A DNA stretch of 64,000 nucleotides from Cenarchaeum sp. (GCA_965242695.1 CBDESU010000002.1:544001-608000), one strand, 5' to 3'. Positions 1-10,532 are shown, counted from the first letter of the stretch. Notes: generated by a model from the letters alone, not told the origin. Translations and numbers: made by a program.

Positions 1-1003
1 TGCGGACGGCGCGGCGCAACGGGGCGGCAAGGCGCTTTCTGGTGGCAACCCACGCGGACGGCGAACTTGAGGATGCGGCGGACGGCGACCTGCGGCGCGC
101 GGCCGAGGATGCCGGCGCGGACGGCCTTTTGCGGATAGACGCCCGGACGGCAGAGGGCGCCGGGGAGGTCGGGAACCTGCTCCGCGATGCGCGGCTGTGG
201 AGCGGCGCCTGCAGGTCGTCAAGTCGGGGCGCATCCGCGCGGTCGAGGCGGCCCTGGACCGCCTGAAAGGCGCGGGGGGCAGGCCCGTCCTGGGCCTCGG
301 CGAGATAAGATCCGCGAGCGAGGGGCCTGCACGAACGGCCATCCCGGAGGCGCATCTCGACTGCCTGCTCAGGGGCATGGACCGGAGGGGCCTGCTGACG
401 TACTATGGAGAGATCGGGCAGGTCGTCCTCGACGACGCGGACCACGACAGGGTGCGCAGCGGGATACGCATGCTTGCAGAGCGGTGCGATGGGATCGTCG
501 AGGAAAGCAGGGTCGAGCAAGAGTACGGAGGGTCGCGGTACGCCGAACCCGTCCTGTCGGCGCTCAGGGCAAGCGGCGCCTTTGTCAAGTGCCGGGACCG
601 CCTGGTGTTCCCCCGCCTGCTCAGGGACGGCCAGGCCGATGTGCCGGACTGGTTCAGGGAGCGGTTCCAAGGCCCGATGTTTGGCGAGACCCTTGCCTTT
701 GATGCCGAAAGCGTCGATGCGGCGGAGCTGATCAGGGCCGCCGCCAGCCTCAACCTTCCGTGCGTCGATGCCACCAGGACGGGGGCTCTCTTCGCCTCAA
801 GGGGAGGCGCCGGCCTGTACTACGACGTCTCGTCCGCGGGCGGCCCCATCGAAGGACCGCACACGCGTATCGCGTACAGGGTGGGCGGCACCAGAAGGGT
901 CTTTTGCAAGGCGCTCGCCGACGAGTTTGCGACCCTTGCGCGGCGGATCGCCGGCCCGGAGATGCCGCAGCTCACAGAGGCGCCGGCAGCGAGTGCGCAG
1001 TGA
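1..1003 (+). CDS. Hypothetical protein, 5'-partial, probably frameshifted near 190-200
   Basis: Protein-like frame runs from the window start (…FLVATHADGELEDAADGDLRR…LLRDAR), then continues in another frame as ORF 197..1003 (VERRLQVVKSG…). No family recognised. Confidence 0.5.
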
Positions 1004-1004
1004 C

Positions 1005-1433
1005 ATGGATGGCAAGGGGCGGATATGCAAAGTCTGCCCGCCGTTCGCGGGCGAGCGGCGGGAGTGCGTCGGGCAGGCAGCCGGGGCCATGGCCGACAGC
1101 CAGGCGCGGGTCTTTTACGACGGGTCTGCCGCAAACATGCGGGGCGGGGATCCCTCCGCCTGCTTTGAAGGGGTGTACTGCTCGCTGTCATGCTACTGCA
1201 TGATATTTTCTTCGCGCGGGTACGCGGCAAAAATGTGGCCGTCGCTTGAGCGGGCGCATGCGATCGCCAGGCGGATCAGGGACAGGGGAGACTGCGTGCT
1301 GCCGGCTGCGGCGGGCGGCGCCAGGGTGCCCGCCCGCCCGCGACGGTATTCGACGAGGATGCCCGCACAAAGTCTCCGCGGGAGATTGCGGGGGCGTTTG
1401 TGCGCCTGCTTCGATGGCAGGAATGCCTGCTAG
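1005..1433 (+). CDS. Small Cys-rich hypothetical protein
   Basis: ATG at 1005, 1 bp after the upstream stop. MDGKGRICKVC…CFEGVYCSLSCYC. Confidence 0.45.
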   Translation: MDGKGRICKVCPPFAGERRECVGQAAGAMADSQARVFYDGSAANMRGGDPSACFEGVYCSLSCYCMIFSSRGYAAKMWPSLERAHAIARRIRDRGDCVLPAAAGGARVPARPRRYSTRMPAQSLRGRLRGRLCACFDGRNAC

Positions 1434-1546
1434 TGCAGACGGTGCAGGGCGGCGGCCCCGGCGCGGGGCGTCAGTGGCCCAATGCGCACAGCCACGGAAA
1501 CAGGGTCGGCGAAATCTCATATACGGCCGGCCGCCGCGCCAAGCGC

Positions 1547-2284
1547 ATGTATGCGGCGGACGGAGCGCCCGCGGGGGCGGGGGGCACGGGGCAGGCGGGC
1601 GGCGATGCGCACGGCACGGGGCAGGCCACGACCGCCGGAGGGGGCGACGCCATCCTGATCGCTGCGAACCGCAGGGGCTACGAGGCGCCCAAGCCGGACA
1701 TGGCAGGCGCGGAGATCAAGGAAATGGCAGGCGCGGTGCGGCGCCACGCGCTCGTACTCGCGGCCGGAGATCCGGGCGGAAGCCCCGGCAGGGGCAGCGC
1801 GGCGCGCGGCGACGATCACGGCGAGTATGTCGAGACCGTCTGTGCGCGGGCAGTGCACGGCGGGGACGGCGCCGCGCGCGGCCCCGTAAGCAGGGCGGCC
1901 GCGCCGGCCGATCTGCCTCCAAAGCTGCGCGAGCACATGGCTGTCCTAGAGGGCAGGGGCTACAAGGTCGAGGCGATCGACAATGGCGAGATAGGCATCG
2001 TCATAAAGGACTACAAGATCCCCGGCCGCATCTGGAGCAGGGAGACTGCGGACCTCAGGCTCTCGACTGACTCGGCGTACCCAGAGACCAAGATCGGGGC
2101 GTTCTGGCTCTGTCCCCCCGTGTCGCGCAGGAACGGAGACACCATAAGGGGGGCGGGCAGCACCGTATGGCAGGGCAGGACATGGCAGACGTTCTGCTGG
2201 TACGTGGTGCACTGGGATCCCAGGCACGACAACCTGCTGACGCACCTGGATGTGGTCGACGACAGGATGTGGAGGGACGAGTAA
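1547..2284 (+). CDS. Degenerate multiubiquitin-like domain fused to prokaryotic E2 family E (UBC-like) domain
   Basis: N-terminal part aligns by eye to the Ubl at 12979-13374 and ends VHGG. C-terminal part is GIVIKDYKIP…YPETKIGAFWLCPPV…WQTFCWY…WDPRHDNLLTHL. TATA-like CATATA near 1518. Confidence 0.8.
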   Translation: MYAADGAPAGAGGTGQAGGDAHGTGQATTAGGGDAILIAANRRGYEAPKPDMAGAEIKEMAGAVRRHALVLAAGDPGGSPGRGSAARGDDHGEYVETVCARAVHGGDGAARGPVSRAAAPADLPPKLREHMAVLEGRGYKVEAIDNGEIGIVIKDYKIPGRIWSRETADLRLSTDSAYPETKIGAFWLCPPVSRRNGDTIRGAGSTVWQGRTWQTFCWYVVHWDPRHDNLLTHLDVVDDRMWRDE

Positions 2285-2365
2285 CACGAGCGCCGCCGGG
2301 ACTGCCGCCGAGCAACCGGGCGCCCAAAAGTCGGCCTGGCGGACGGCGGGGGGAGTCGCCAGCGT

Positions 2366-3782
2366 TCACGGCCGCGGGCCGCCTCGAGTGCGTGGCAAGC
2401 GAGCCAGACTGTGAGGGTGTGCGGAGGCGAGTTTTGGCTGCGGCTGGATGGGCGGCAATTTTGCCGGCAGCCGGGCAAAAGCCGCCCAAGTGCCGGCACG
2501 CGCGCCGCCGTCGCGGGACCGATCAGCCTGTGGACTGGGTCTTGCAAGGTATTCCGGGCATTCCAGCCCCGCCAGGTCCTCGTCTGGCGTGCTTCCTGAC
2601 GATATGGCGAACAGTATGTCCGGGCGGGGCGCGGGCATCCCGTCGACTTCCTTCGTCATGGAAAGCTCCTCTTCCGCAACGCAGCCTAGGTTTCCAAGCG
2701 AGGCGCCTACAATCCTGCAGTTCTCGTGCGTTTGAGCGGCCTCCTCGACGGCGTCCCCGAGCTGGTGCCCCCCATTGGCTCCCGTCAAACGGCGTAGGCG
2801 CGGTAGTCGTACACGACCTTGGTCGAGCAGTCCAGACTTGCGGGCGGAGCGCGCCTGGATCGGATGTGTCCTGTGCTCCCGTACGGAGCCTCTCCGCAAC
2901 GGGCGCGCCGCGCCCGCCGCCGTCGACGGGTGGCGCCGTCCCGCCCCCGATCGCGTCCCTTGGCAGCGGATGGCTGCTTGCCCCCTAGTCGACGGCGGGC
3001 ACTCGCTACATGCCGGGCCCGGGGGCCGCCGCCGGGGCGGCGCCGCCGCGGCCGCGGCCCGTCCGCGCCCTGATGCCCGTGCGGGGCGGCCGGTCGATGC
3101 GGGCGACCTCCCGCATCTTCGATATCTTTTCGAGCAGGGGCCGGTCGCACCGAACCCTGAGCGCGCAGTAGCCGTCCGTCGTCATCTGGTCCGTGATGCG
3201 GCCGCCGTCGCCGCTGACCACCGCCCGCATGCCGCCCATGAACCTGGACAGCCGCTCGTCATCCAGCCTCCATATTTCCACGTCTACGTACTCTTGCCCG
3301 CTCTCCGGCAGCGGCCTGCGCGACAGGCCCGCGCCGATTTTTTCTTCCGGCGGAATCTCCCGGATGGCGCGCACCTGGTCCATAAAGCTGCCCGTCTTTG
3401 CCGCAGCATGCCGCTCCAGCTTCCGCCGAAGCCTTGCAAAGCTGGGATCGTCCGTGAGCCCGACCCAGTATCCGCTCCCGGCGGGCGCCGACGACACCGT
3501 CTCGATCCCCACGCCCGCAAGGGATCTGCGGAACGTCTCTTCGCGGACCCTCGAGTAGAGCTCCACCTTGAAGACCAGGTTCGGGCTAGGGAGCGAGCCC
3601 GCCGACTCCTTGTCCCGCCGGTACGACTCGCCCATTTCGTCGAGCAGCCTGGCCTGGGCGCGGGCGAACGCCGCGGGATCCCTGCCGGCCCTCTTGGCGG
3701 GCGCCCGCCTGGATCTTGGCCTGCCGGGCTCGCCCGCCCCTTGCAGGCCGGGGCGCCGGCGCCGCATCATGCTAGCGGGCAT
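2366..3782 (-). pseudogene. IetS-like S8 (subtilisin) serine protease: open N-terminal domain (3006-3782) followed by a decayed catalytic domain
   Basis: Overlaps the AAA ATPase stop. Past the stop at 3006 the frame reads RVPAVD*GASSHPLPRDAIG (IDSG…HPLL motif), then DGGGRGAPVA (D..GHGT.VA motif), and after frameshifts CRIVGASLGN…DILFAISSG. Confidence 0.75.
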
Positions 3783-4668
3783 CCGGCCCGACCGCCTCGA
3801 TGCGCCGCCTCTGCCCCTCTATGGCGCGCCTCACGCCGGCCTCGTCGACCGAGTCGGCGCCGCCGACCACCGCCTCCCGCAGCGCATCCTCGCTCGCCTT
3901 TGCGACGTCGGCCGCGGAGAATCTGTCCGTCATTCCGGCCAGCTCCCCGTACGGCATGCGGCCCGACTTCTTGAGGGCGCCCAGGTACTTTTCAAGCAGC
4001 CTCTCCCTCCTGCCCCGGTCTGGGTTGTCGTAGTATACGACATCGTCGAACCTCCGCCAGAGCGCCCGGTCGAGCAGGTGCTGGTGGTTGGTCGCCGCCA
4101 GTATGATGCTCCGCCCCCTAAAGTCGTCCATCATCTGCATGAAGTTGTTGACGAGCCGCTTGATCTCGCCGTGCTCGTGGGGATCGTCCCGCTTTTTGCC
4201 GACAATGTCGAACTCGTCGAACATGACGACGAACCTCCCGCTCTCGGCGAACTCGAATATCCGCCTCAGGTTCGAGGCCGTCTCGCCCAGGTACGGCGAT
4301 ACGATCGAGTCGAACATGACATGGACCAGCCTGTACCCCATCGCGGTGGCCACCACCTTGGCCGTGAGGGTCTTGCCGGTGCCCGGGGGCCCGCACAAGA
4401 GCACCCTGCTTGTCGGCCGCAGTCCGTAGCGGAGCAGGTCGTCGAACGCCTTGTTCTCGTCGACGATCCTCTCGAGCCGCGCCCTGACGTCGCCGGCGAC
4501 GATCAGGTCGTCGAACGCGTGGTGCTCGTCGCGCACCTGGAGCAGCGGGATGCCCTTGTCGGCGTCGCGGGGAATGACGAGCGGGCGGCGGGCGGGAGGG
4601 GCGCGGCTCTCCTTGGCCCTGCGGGGGCGCGGCCGCCTGACCAGGGTGCCGGCCTCTGTGGCTGCCAT
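3772..4668 (-). CDS. AAA+ ATPase, IetA-like (AAA/S8 protease pair)
   Basis: Walker A GPPGTGKT, Walker B VMFDEFD, family motifs RDDPHEHGEIKRLVN and LDRALWRRFD. Confidence 0.92.
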   Translation of the reverse strand: MAATEAGTLVRRPRPRRAKESRAPPARRPLVIPRDADKGIPLLQVRDEHHAFDDLIVAGDVRARLERIVDENKAFDDLLRYGLRPTSRVLLCGPPGTGKTLTAKVVATAMGYRLVHVMFDSIVSPYLGETASNLRRIFEFAESGRFVVMFDEFDIVGKKRDDPHEHGEIKRLVNNFMQMMDDFRGRSIILAATNHQHLLDRALWRRFDDVVYYDNPDRGRRERLLEKYLGALKKSGRMPYGELAGMTDRFSAADVAKASEDALREAVVGGADSVDEAGVRRAIEGQRRRIEAVGPDAR

Positions 4669-4690
4669 GCGGTCGCGCCGCCTGGGGCCG

Positions 4691-4698
4691 ATTTAACC
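4691..4698 (-). promoter_or_regulatory. TATA-like box (GGTTAAAT) for the AAA ATPase
   Basis: AT island about 25 bp upstream of ATG 4668 in a very GC-rich background. Confidence 0.55.
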
Positions 4699-5548
4699 GC
4701 TTTGTGCCCGGGCCGGCGCCGGCCGCGTGCGGATGCCGCCGCGCGCCCGCGGCGGGCCGCGCTTCGGGGCGTGGGAGTGGGGGGGGGGACGGCGCCTGCA
4801 ATTGCCTGCATTCCGGCACGTCGCCCGGCGATGGGGGCGGGAATGCCGCGGTCCGGCGCGCGGTGCGCTCGGGGCGATTCGCAGGCGGCGCCTGCCGGCG
4901 GGCGCGCGGCTGGCAGCCCGCTGCCGCCCTCCTTTTCGGAGCCGGTCGCTCGCCTCCCGGGCGACACGATCGCCGTTGTCACAAAGCGTGATGGCCCGCA
5001 CATGGCGGCCGGCACGCACGGCGCCGTGATCAGGCTGCGCCGCACGTTGAAGCGGCCCAAAATGGGCAGCTTTGCGCGCTCGAACGGCCGGTACAAGTAC
5101 AGGCGTGCCGCCGTTGAAAGCCGCCTCGCGGCCGCCCGGGCCGGCGTTGTGGTTTCTGTAATGCCCGACCGGGAGGCGGCTGTGCCGGGGCATGCCAAAA
5201 AATATCGACCCCTGTCGGGAGGCTCAGGCCGCGGCCCGCCGGTGCGCCACCTGCCGCTCCTCTCCTTCCCCTCCCCCCGGCCGCGCATTTCCGCCTGCCG
5301 AGATCCCGCCGCCTCGCCGGGGCGCGCCCGGCGCCCCCTGCCGCACTGCATGCGCATCTCGAGCGGCGGGGCCTGCCTGCCGGCCGAGGCCGCACTCTGC
5401 GACGCCCGCCTTCACAGGTTGCAGTGTGCACGGCGCAGCGTCGACCGCACCCGGCTACCCGACGCGGCCGCCTCCTCGCGATCCCCTGCCAAGGAGTCGG
5501 GCCTACGGCTTGTGGCCGGCCGGTTCCGCCTCGAAGAGAAGGGGAGGT

Positions 5549-6028
5549 TCACCGCGGCAGCCTGCGCCTGAACTCTAGGATGGCCGACATGGCCGCGGCC
5601 GCCTCTTTGCGAGTAAACTGCGGCTTTTGGCTCAGCAGATCCTCCACTGCGGCATCGGCATCCTTGGCAGAAGCGCTGCGCCGCGGCAAGAGGTACCACA
5701 GCGATGCGTACAGCTCCAACGTCTTGGCAGAGTTGATCCCTCTTCCGAGCAGGCCCTTCATTCTTGCCACCACGCCCTCTTCATGCGGGGTCAGGCGCAG
5801 GTCTTCGCCCAGCCTGCCCATGGACTCGTGCCTGAACAGCTCCCTGGTCAGCGTAGGCGAGTACGGGCCGCGGTGGTACCACGAGAACATGAACCCGCCG
5901 GACGCCCCAAGCTCCCGCGCCAGGTAGCCTAGCTTCTGCAGCCGGAGGCGGTCCTCAAACCCGGCAAGCGACACGCCGCAGAACGAGTTTACTATCTTCA
6001 TGGTCTCGTTTTCATGCGCCGGCTCCAT
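5549..6028 (-). CDS. YwgA/SocA-like wHTH antitoxin-like protein (subfamily A)
   Basis: DRLRLQKLGYL…FSWYHRGPYSPTL…LELYASLWY…KPQF. TATA-like box at 6051-6058. Confidence 0.85.
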   Translation of the reverse strand: MEPAHENETMKIVNSFCGVSLAGFEDRLRLQKLGYLARELGASGGFMFSWYHRGPYSPTLTRELFRHESMGRLGEDLRLTPHEEGVVARMKGLLGRGINSAKTLELYASLWYLLPRRSASAKDADAAVEDLLSQKPQFTRKEAAAAMSAILEFRRRLPR

Positions 6029-6251
6029 GCGGGCGCGCGGCGAGGGCCATTTATTAAGATTCTTAGGTCGGGCGCTGGTCGATGGTAACCGGGCCGCGCC
6101 TGCCAACGGGTCGGAGGGATGGGAGGCAGGGCGGCGGCCAAGCCGCGTATGCGGCTACCCGCCTGGCCGCCCGCTCGGCCCTGAACGGAAGGACCGCGTT
6201 CCCTTTCGGCAAGGCAGAGACTTCAAGGGGATCTGGCGGGGGGGACTATAC

Positions 6252-7118
6252 GTGACGGATGCAGATACCCCGGGCGGCGGGAAAGGCCGCAGTGAAAAGG
6301 GTGCGGCGGCGGCCAGCCATTTCCTCATCGATGCGCTGCCAGAGTCCGACCGCTCGTCCGCCCGCGACACCTGCAACGCGATAAGGATCAACAGGGCGAT
6401 CGGCGCGCCGAGCCCGCCCGGGGACGACGCGGTTAGGACGCTGGAGCGCGTCGCCATGGCATACGAGCTGGCCGCAATAGACCAGTGGCCCGGCCACGCC
6501 GGAGGCAACGGCAACGGCGACGGGAGCGAAAACTTCCAGCGAACGTGCGCCGAGTGCTTTGCCCTGATGGAGGCGTGCCCCATCCCCGCCGACCCGGTCC
6601 AAATGATCGGCCACGTGCTGCGGGCCGTCTCGTACGCGTACATGGGGGAAAGGCGGGAGGATGCGAGGCGGTACGCAAGGGAGACGGCGCCGCCGCCCCC
6701 GGCCGGCGGCGTGGGCCCGCCAGGGGAGTGGGAGCGCCGCATCCTGTTCGGCATCTACGGCGCCGTCATGCTTGCGGTCGGGGAGGAGGGTCCGGAGGAT
6801 CTTGCAAGGGCATCGGAGGCCATCGCCGGCCTCAGGCGCGACCAGGCGGGGCACGAAAGGCCCTACTTCGAGTCGCTCGAGCCGGCGTACAGGGCCACGG
6901 CCGCGCACAGGCTCGTATCGCTGTACCACCTTGCAAAGTGCACCGACATGGTATGCGAGTACATGCGAAGCGGCTCGCCTGCGGACATAGGGGCGCTCCT
7001 AGACTGCCACTTTGACATTGCGTTGCGGCACAGCGACATCGGCGGCGCCGGATCGGCCGAACTGGACACACTTCTTCGAATCGTGCGGCCCATGTTCGCA
7101 AAGATGGTGGGCGGCTAG
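6252..7118 (+). CDS. Stand-alone alpha-helical domain resembling the N-terminus of Hachiman HamB-like DEAD/DEAH helicases
   Basis: LERVAMAYELAAI…HVLRAVSYAYMGER…WERRIL…IAGLRRDQ…RLVSLYHLAK…LDCHF. No helicase motifs. Paralog at 8801-9802. Confidence 0.7.
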   Translation: MTDADTPGGGKGRSEKGAAAASHFLIDALPESDRSSARDTCNAIRINRAIGAPSPPGDDAVRTLERVAMAYELAAIDQWPGHAGGNGNGDGSENFQRTCAECFALMEACPIPADPVQMIGHVLRAVSYAYMGERREDARRYARETAPPPPAGGVGPPGEWERRILFGIYGAVMLAVGEEGPEDLARASEAIAGLRRDQAGHERPYFESLEPAYRATAAHRLVSLYHLAKCTDMVCEYMRSGSPADIGALLDCHFDIALRHSDIGGAGSAELDTLLRIVRPMFAKMVGG

Positions 7119-7232
7119 GCCGCATCCGTGCGCCGGCAGGGGGGCGCGCCTGCAGGCATCCGGCGCGGGCCGGGTAGGGGCGGATCCGGCGCCGGGCAAA
7201 GCTTTTTCACGGGCCCCCTCGCGGGCGCGGCC

Positions 7233-7700
7233 GTGAGAAAGACCGACCTGCTCCTCCTGCTCCTGTACGTCTACGACCGCCGCCCCGTCGCCGGGCTGAC
7301 GCGGCTCGTCAAGCTCCTGTTTCTGGCGCAGGCGGAGGCGCTGCCCGACGATCCGCTGCGCGCGCGCGGGTGCGCCCCGTTCGACTTTGTGGCCCACCGC
7401 TTTGGCCCGTTCACGTTCGACATATACGACGAAGTCGAGTTCTTAAAGTCGGTCGGGATGATGGCCGGCGATGATAACGACGACGATGACGGGCAGTTTC
7501 GCATCACGGACAAGGGATGCAGGTTCGCCGAGCAGCGCCTGCTGCAGAGGATTCCCGCCGATCAGATCGAGGGCATCGAGGAGGTCAAGAAAAAGCACTG
7601 CGACGAAGATCTCGACGATCTCTTCTACTACGTCTATACAAAGTATCCCGCGTACACCGTCAGGACCGAGATCCTCGACAGGGTGCTGAGGCGCAGGTAA
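7233..7700 (+). CDS. YwgA/SocA-like protein (subfamily B)
   Basis: TDLLLLLLY…GLTRLVKLLFLAQ…FDFVAHRFGPF…YVYTKYP. Confidence 0.8.
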   Translation: MRKTDLLLLLLYVYDRRPVAGLTRLVKLLFLAQAEALPDDPLRARGCAPFDFVAHRFGPFTFDIYDEVEFLKSVGMMAGDDNDDDDGQFRITDKGCRFAEQRLLQRIPADQIEGIEEVKKKHCDEDLDDLFYYVYTKYPAYTVRTEILDRVLRRR

Positions 7701-7978
7701 GCCGGGCCGGCAACGCGCCGCCTGCGGGCCGGCAGGCCGGGCGATGGCGCCCGGCGCCACGCCGCCAAGTATGCGGGCGGCGGAGCCGATCCGTCGTACA
7801 GTGCGTGCGGTGGAGGCGGCGGAGGCGGAATGTCCACATGGCGGGGCCCCGCGGCGGTAGCGAACGCCACGGCCGAGATGGAAGTAGCGCGGGGGCCCGC
7901 GGCGACAGCGGGCGTGCACGGGCCGCAACGACAGGGGCCAGGCATTGCCGCCGCGCCGCGTCCGACAGGACGCAAGGC

Positions 7979-7986
7979 CTTTATAG
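7979..7986 (+). promoter_or_regulatory. TATA-like box (CTTTATAG)
   Basis: About 25 bp upstream of GTG 8008. Confidence 0.55.
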
Positions 7987-8007
7987 ATTTTCCCGCCGGC
8001 CGCCCCC

Positions 8008-8517
8008 GTGTCGGCAGTGACGGATCCGGACGGCGCAGCCCGGGTGCTGCGCGTGCTGCGCACCTTTGGCCCCCTCGACACGGACAGCTTTGACAGCCGC
8101 CTGAGGCTGCAAATGCTCGCATACCTGATACAGGAGATCGGCGGCGGGGGGCCATACGTGCACCACTGGGCCATGCGCGGCCCGTACTCGGCGGGGCTCA
8201 CGGAGGATCTGGACGACGACAAGGAAAGGGGAGGCGGGGATCCAGCTGCGGATATCTCGGACGGCGACAGGGAGCTGGCGCAGCGGGTGAGGTCCCTCGT
8301 GGGCGACGTAGACGACCCCCTAGAGTCCGAGCTCTACGCATCGGTGTGGTTCTTGGCCCCCGCCAGGAGGCTGTCCGACTCGGAAAGGGCGCACATTAGG
8401 GAGAGCATGCGGCGCGCAAAGCCCCACTTTGCAAAGGAGCGGGTCGGCGAGGCGCTCGGCGCCATAGAGGCGTTCCGCGCGGGGAGCGGCGCGGCGCCGC
8501 AGGGCAGCGCAGGCTAG
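8008..8517 (+). CDS. YwgA/SocA-like protein (subfamily A)
   Basis: FDSRLRLQMLAYLIQE…WAMRGPYS…ELYASVWF…KPHF. Confidence 0.85.
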   Translation: MSAVTDPDGAARVLRVLRTFGPLDTDSFDSRLRLQMLAYLIQEIGGGGPYVHHWAMRGPYSAGLTEDLDDDKERGGGDPAADISDGDRELAQRVRSLVGDVDDPLESELYASVWFLAPARRLSDSERAHIRESMRRAKPHFAKERVGEALGAIEAFRAGSGAAPQGSAG

Positions 8518-8800
8518 GCCGCGCCCGCCCCTGCCGCCCCGGCCGGCCAGGGCCGATGCCAAGGCGGGCGCAAGCCCGTCCCCGTCGTCCTGGACGGCGG
8601 CGCTGGCGCAGAGCGGGCGCGTCGATGCCTGCAAGTCCGCCTTTACGGGGACGAAGAGGGGGGGGCATTCCGCCGGGCCCGCCGGCATGCCGCATCCCGG
8701 CGCACAGATCCCGCACGCTTCCCGGCTCGGGCCACGCCGCCGCGGCGCGCGACGGGCTGCCGCCATCCACCCTTTTATGCAGCCGCCGCAGCGGCCGACG

Positions 8801-9802
8801 GTGCAGCAAGGCGACGCGGCGCGTTCCATAATCGACGAGCTGGACAAGGACAGGGTGCGCGCCGCGTTCGAGGCCGTGCGCAGGCTAGAGACGGAGCGAG
8901 CGAGGGCGAAGGAAGGCGGGCGCGGCGTGGCAGGGGCGGCTGCAAATGCGGGCAGCATGGACGACATCAAGTACGTGGCCACGGCGTACGAGATGTCCGC
9001 CATATTCATGTGGCGGTACGCGGCGCGCGGCGGAGGCGCGGCGGCGGATGCCAAGGGGGAGGAGGCGGGCGCGGCGCGGCGCGCCGGCGAGCTGGAAGGC
9101 CTGTGCCGCACGGCCTTTGCCTTGATGGGGGCGTGCCCCGTGCCGGACAAGCCGGTCCAAAAGATCTGCCATGTCCTGTCCTTGTTCTCGTACGCGTATG
9201 TGGGCGGGAGGGGGGAGGACATGGGGCACTACCTTGACGAGCGCGGCGAAGAGGCGTCCCTGCCCGAGGTCAAGGTGGAGGGATCCGGCATGGGCTGGGA
9301 GTACGACATGCTGGCCGGAATATACTCGGCCCTGCTGTGCGTCATCAGGGGGCGCGACGCGGCCGAGCTGCGGCGCGCACGCGGCACGATAGCGCGCCTG
9401 CGCCGCATGCAGGGGCTGCACGAGCGGGACCACATCGAGTCGTTTGCGCCCGAGCACAGGTTCTGGCCCGCGCGCCGCCTCGCCGCACTGTACCACCTGG
9501 CGAGGTGCGTCGAGCTGCTCGCCGAGTTCATGGAGACGGGCAGGCCCGGCGGCATCGAGCGGGAGCTCGACTTCCACTTTGACGAGGCGTTTAGCCACGG
9601 CTGCGATGCGGGATCGGCCGAGCTTGACGTGCTGCTCCGGACGGTGCGGCCCGCGTTCGTGAGGATGGCAAGGGGCGCTGCCGGGGCGCCGGCAGGGCCG
9701 GCGGGCAACGGCAACGGCGCGGCCTGCCTGGCCGGCCGGAGGGGCCCGGACGGGGGCGATACAGAATCGACCCGACAGCAGACGGAAAAAAGGCAGGGGT
9801 GA
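8801..9802 (+). CDS. Second stand-alone HamB-like N-terminal helical domain
   Basis: VATAYEMSAI…HVLSLFSYAYVGGR…IARLRRMQ…RLAALYHLAR…LDFHF…SAELDVLLR. Clear paralog of 6252-7118. Confidence 0.7.
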   Translation: MQQGDAARSIIDELDKDRVRAAFEAVRRLETERARAKEGGRGVAGAAANAGSMDDIKYVATAYEMSAIFMWRYAARGGGAAADAKGEEAGAARRAGELEGLCRTAFALMGACPVPDKPVQKICHVLSLFSYAYVGGRGEDMGHYLDERGEEASLPEVKVEGSGMGWEYDMLAGIYSALLCVIRGRDAAELRRARGTIARLRRMQGLHERDHIESFAPEHRFWPARRLAALYHLARCVELLAEFMETGRPGGIERELDFHFDEAFSHGCDAGSAELDVLLRTVRPAFVRMARGAAGAPAGPAGNGNGAACLAGRRGPDGGDTESTRQQTEKRQG

Positions 9803-9807
9803 CGCCC

Positions 9808-10281
9808 TCACACGTGGCCGCGGAACTTTTCGATCCGGGCCAGCGCGGCCTCTACGTCGCGGGTTCCAAAGTGGCGCTTTTCCTCCCCCATCCTGGCAAT
9901 GATCGACCGCCTGTCCTCCTCGGACAGGGCGCGGTCGGGGGCCAGGTAGCACACCGAGGCGTACAGCTCCAGCCGCAGCGGATCGTCCACGTCGTCGCCC
10001 ATGAGCGCCTGGACCTTGTACGCCGCCCCCCGCTCCGAGGGAGTGAGCTCGGGGTTGTCCTCGTACGCCCCAAGCTCGTCGCCCGAGCAGAGCATCTGGG
10101 TGAGCGACGGCGAGTAGGGCCCCCGTATGTACCAGTGGAAGAGAAAGGGGCCCCCGCCGCCCATCTCCTGTATGAGGAATGCGAGCTTTTGGAGCCGCAG
10201 GCGATCGCCAAGGCCGTCGATCCTGATGGGGCCCAGGTACCGCAGTATCCTCAGGGTCCTGTTCTCGTCGTATATGCTCAA
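9808..10281 (-). CDS. YwgA/SocA-like protein (subfamily A)
   Basis: DRLRLQKLAFLIQE…FHWYIRGPYSPSL…LELYASVCY. TTG start inferred. Confidence 0.85.
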   Translation of the reverse strand: MSIYDENRTLRILRYLGPIRIDGLGDRLRLQKLAFLIQEMGGGGPFLFHWYIRGPYSPSLTQMLCSGDELGAYEDNPELTPSERGAAYKVQALMGDDVDDPLRLELYASVCYLAPDRALSEEDRRSIIARMGEEKRHFGTRDVEAALARIEKFRGHV

Positions 10282-10532
10282 TGCCGGGGTGGATATGCCG
10301 CGGCGTTTATGCGTTCTTGTGCGGCTGCCCGGCGCCCGGCGCCGCCCCGCAGGGGCGCCCGTGCGGCAGGCGCGACGCTGGCGCAGTGCGCCGGCGGCCA
10401 CCAATATGCGGCGCCGGCAGAAGGGCGGATGGAAGGACGGCGCGCTCAAGGGCGGCCGCCGGCCGGGAGGCAGGGCGGCGGCGGCAAAAGACGAAAGGGG
10501 GCGAGGCGGACGGAGGCCATGGCGGCCGCCGG

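Noticed and set aside
4700-5545. Long gene-free stretch (similarly 15360-16000) as ncRNA or hidden gene
   Set aside because: No recognisable RNA family, motif or convincing coding frame.
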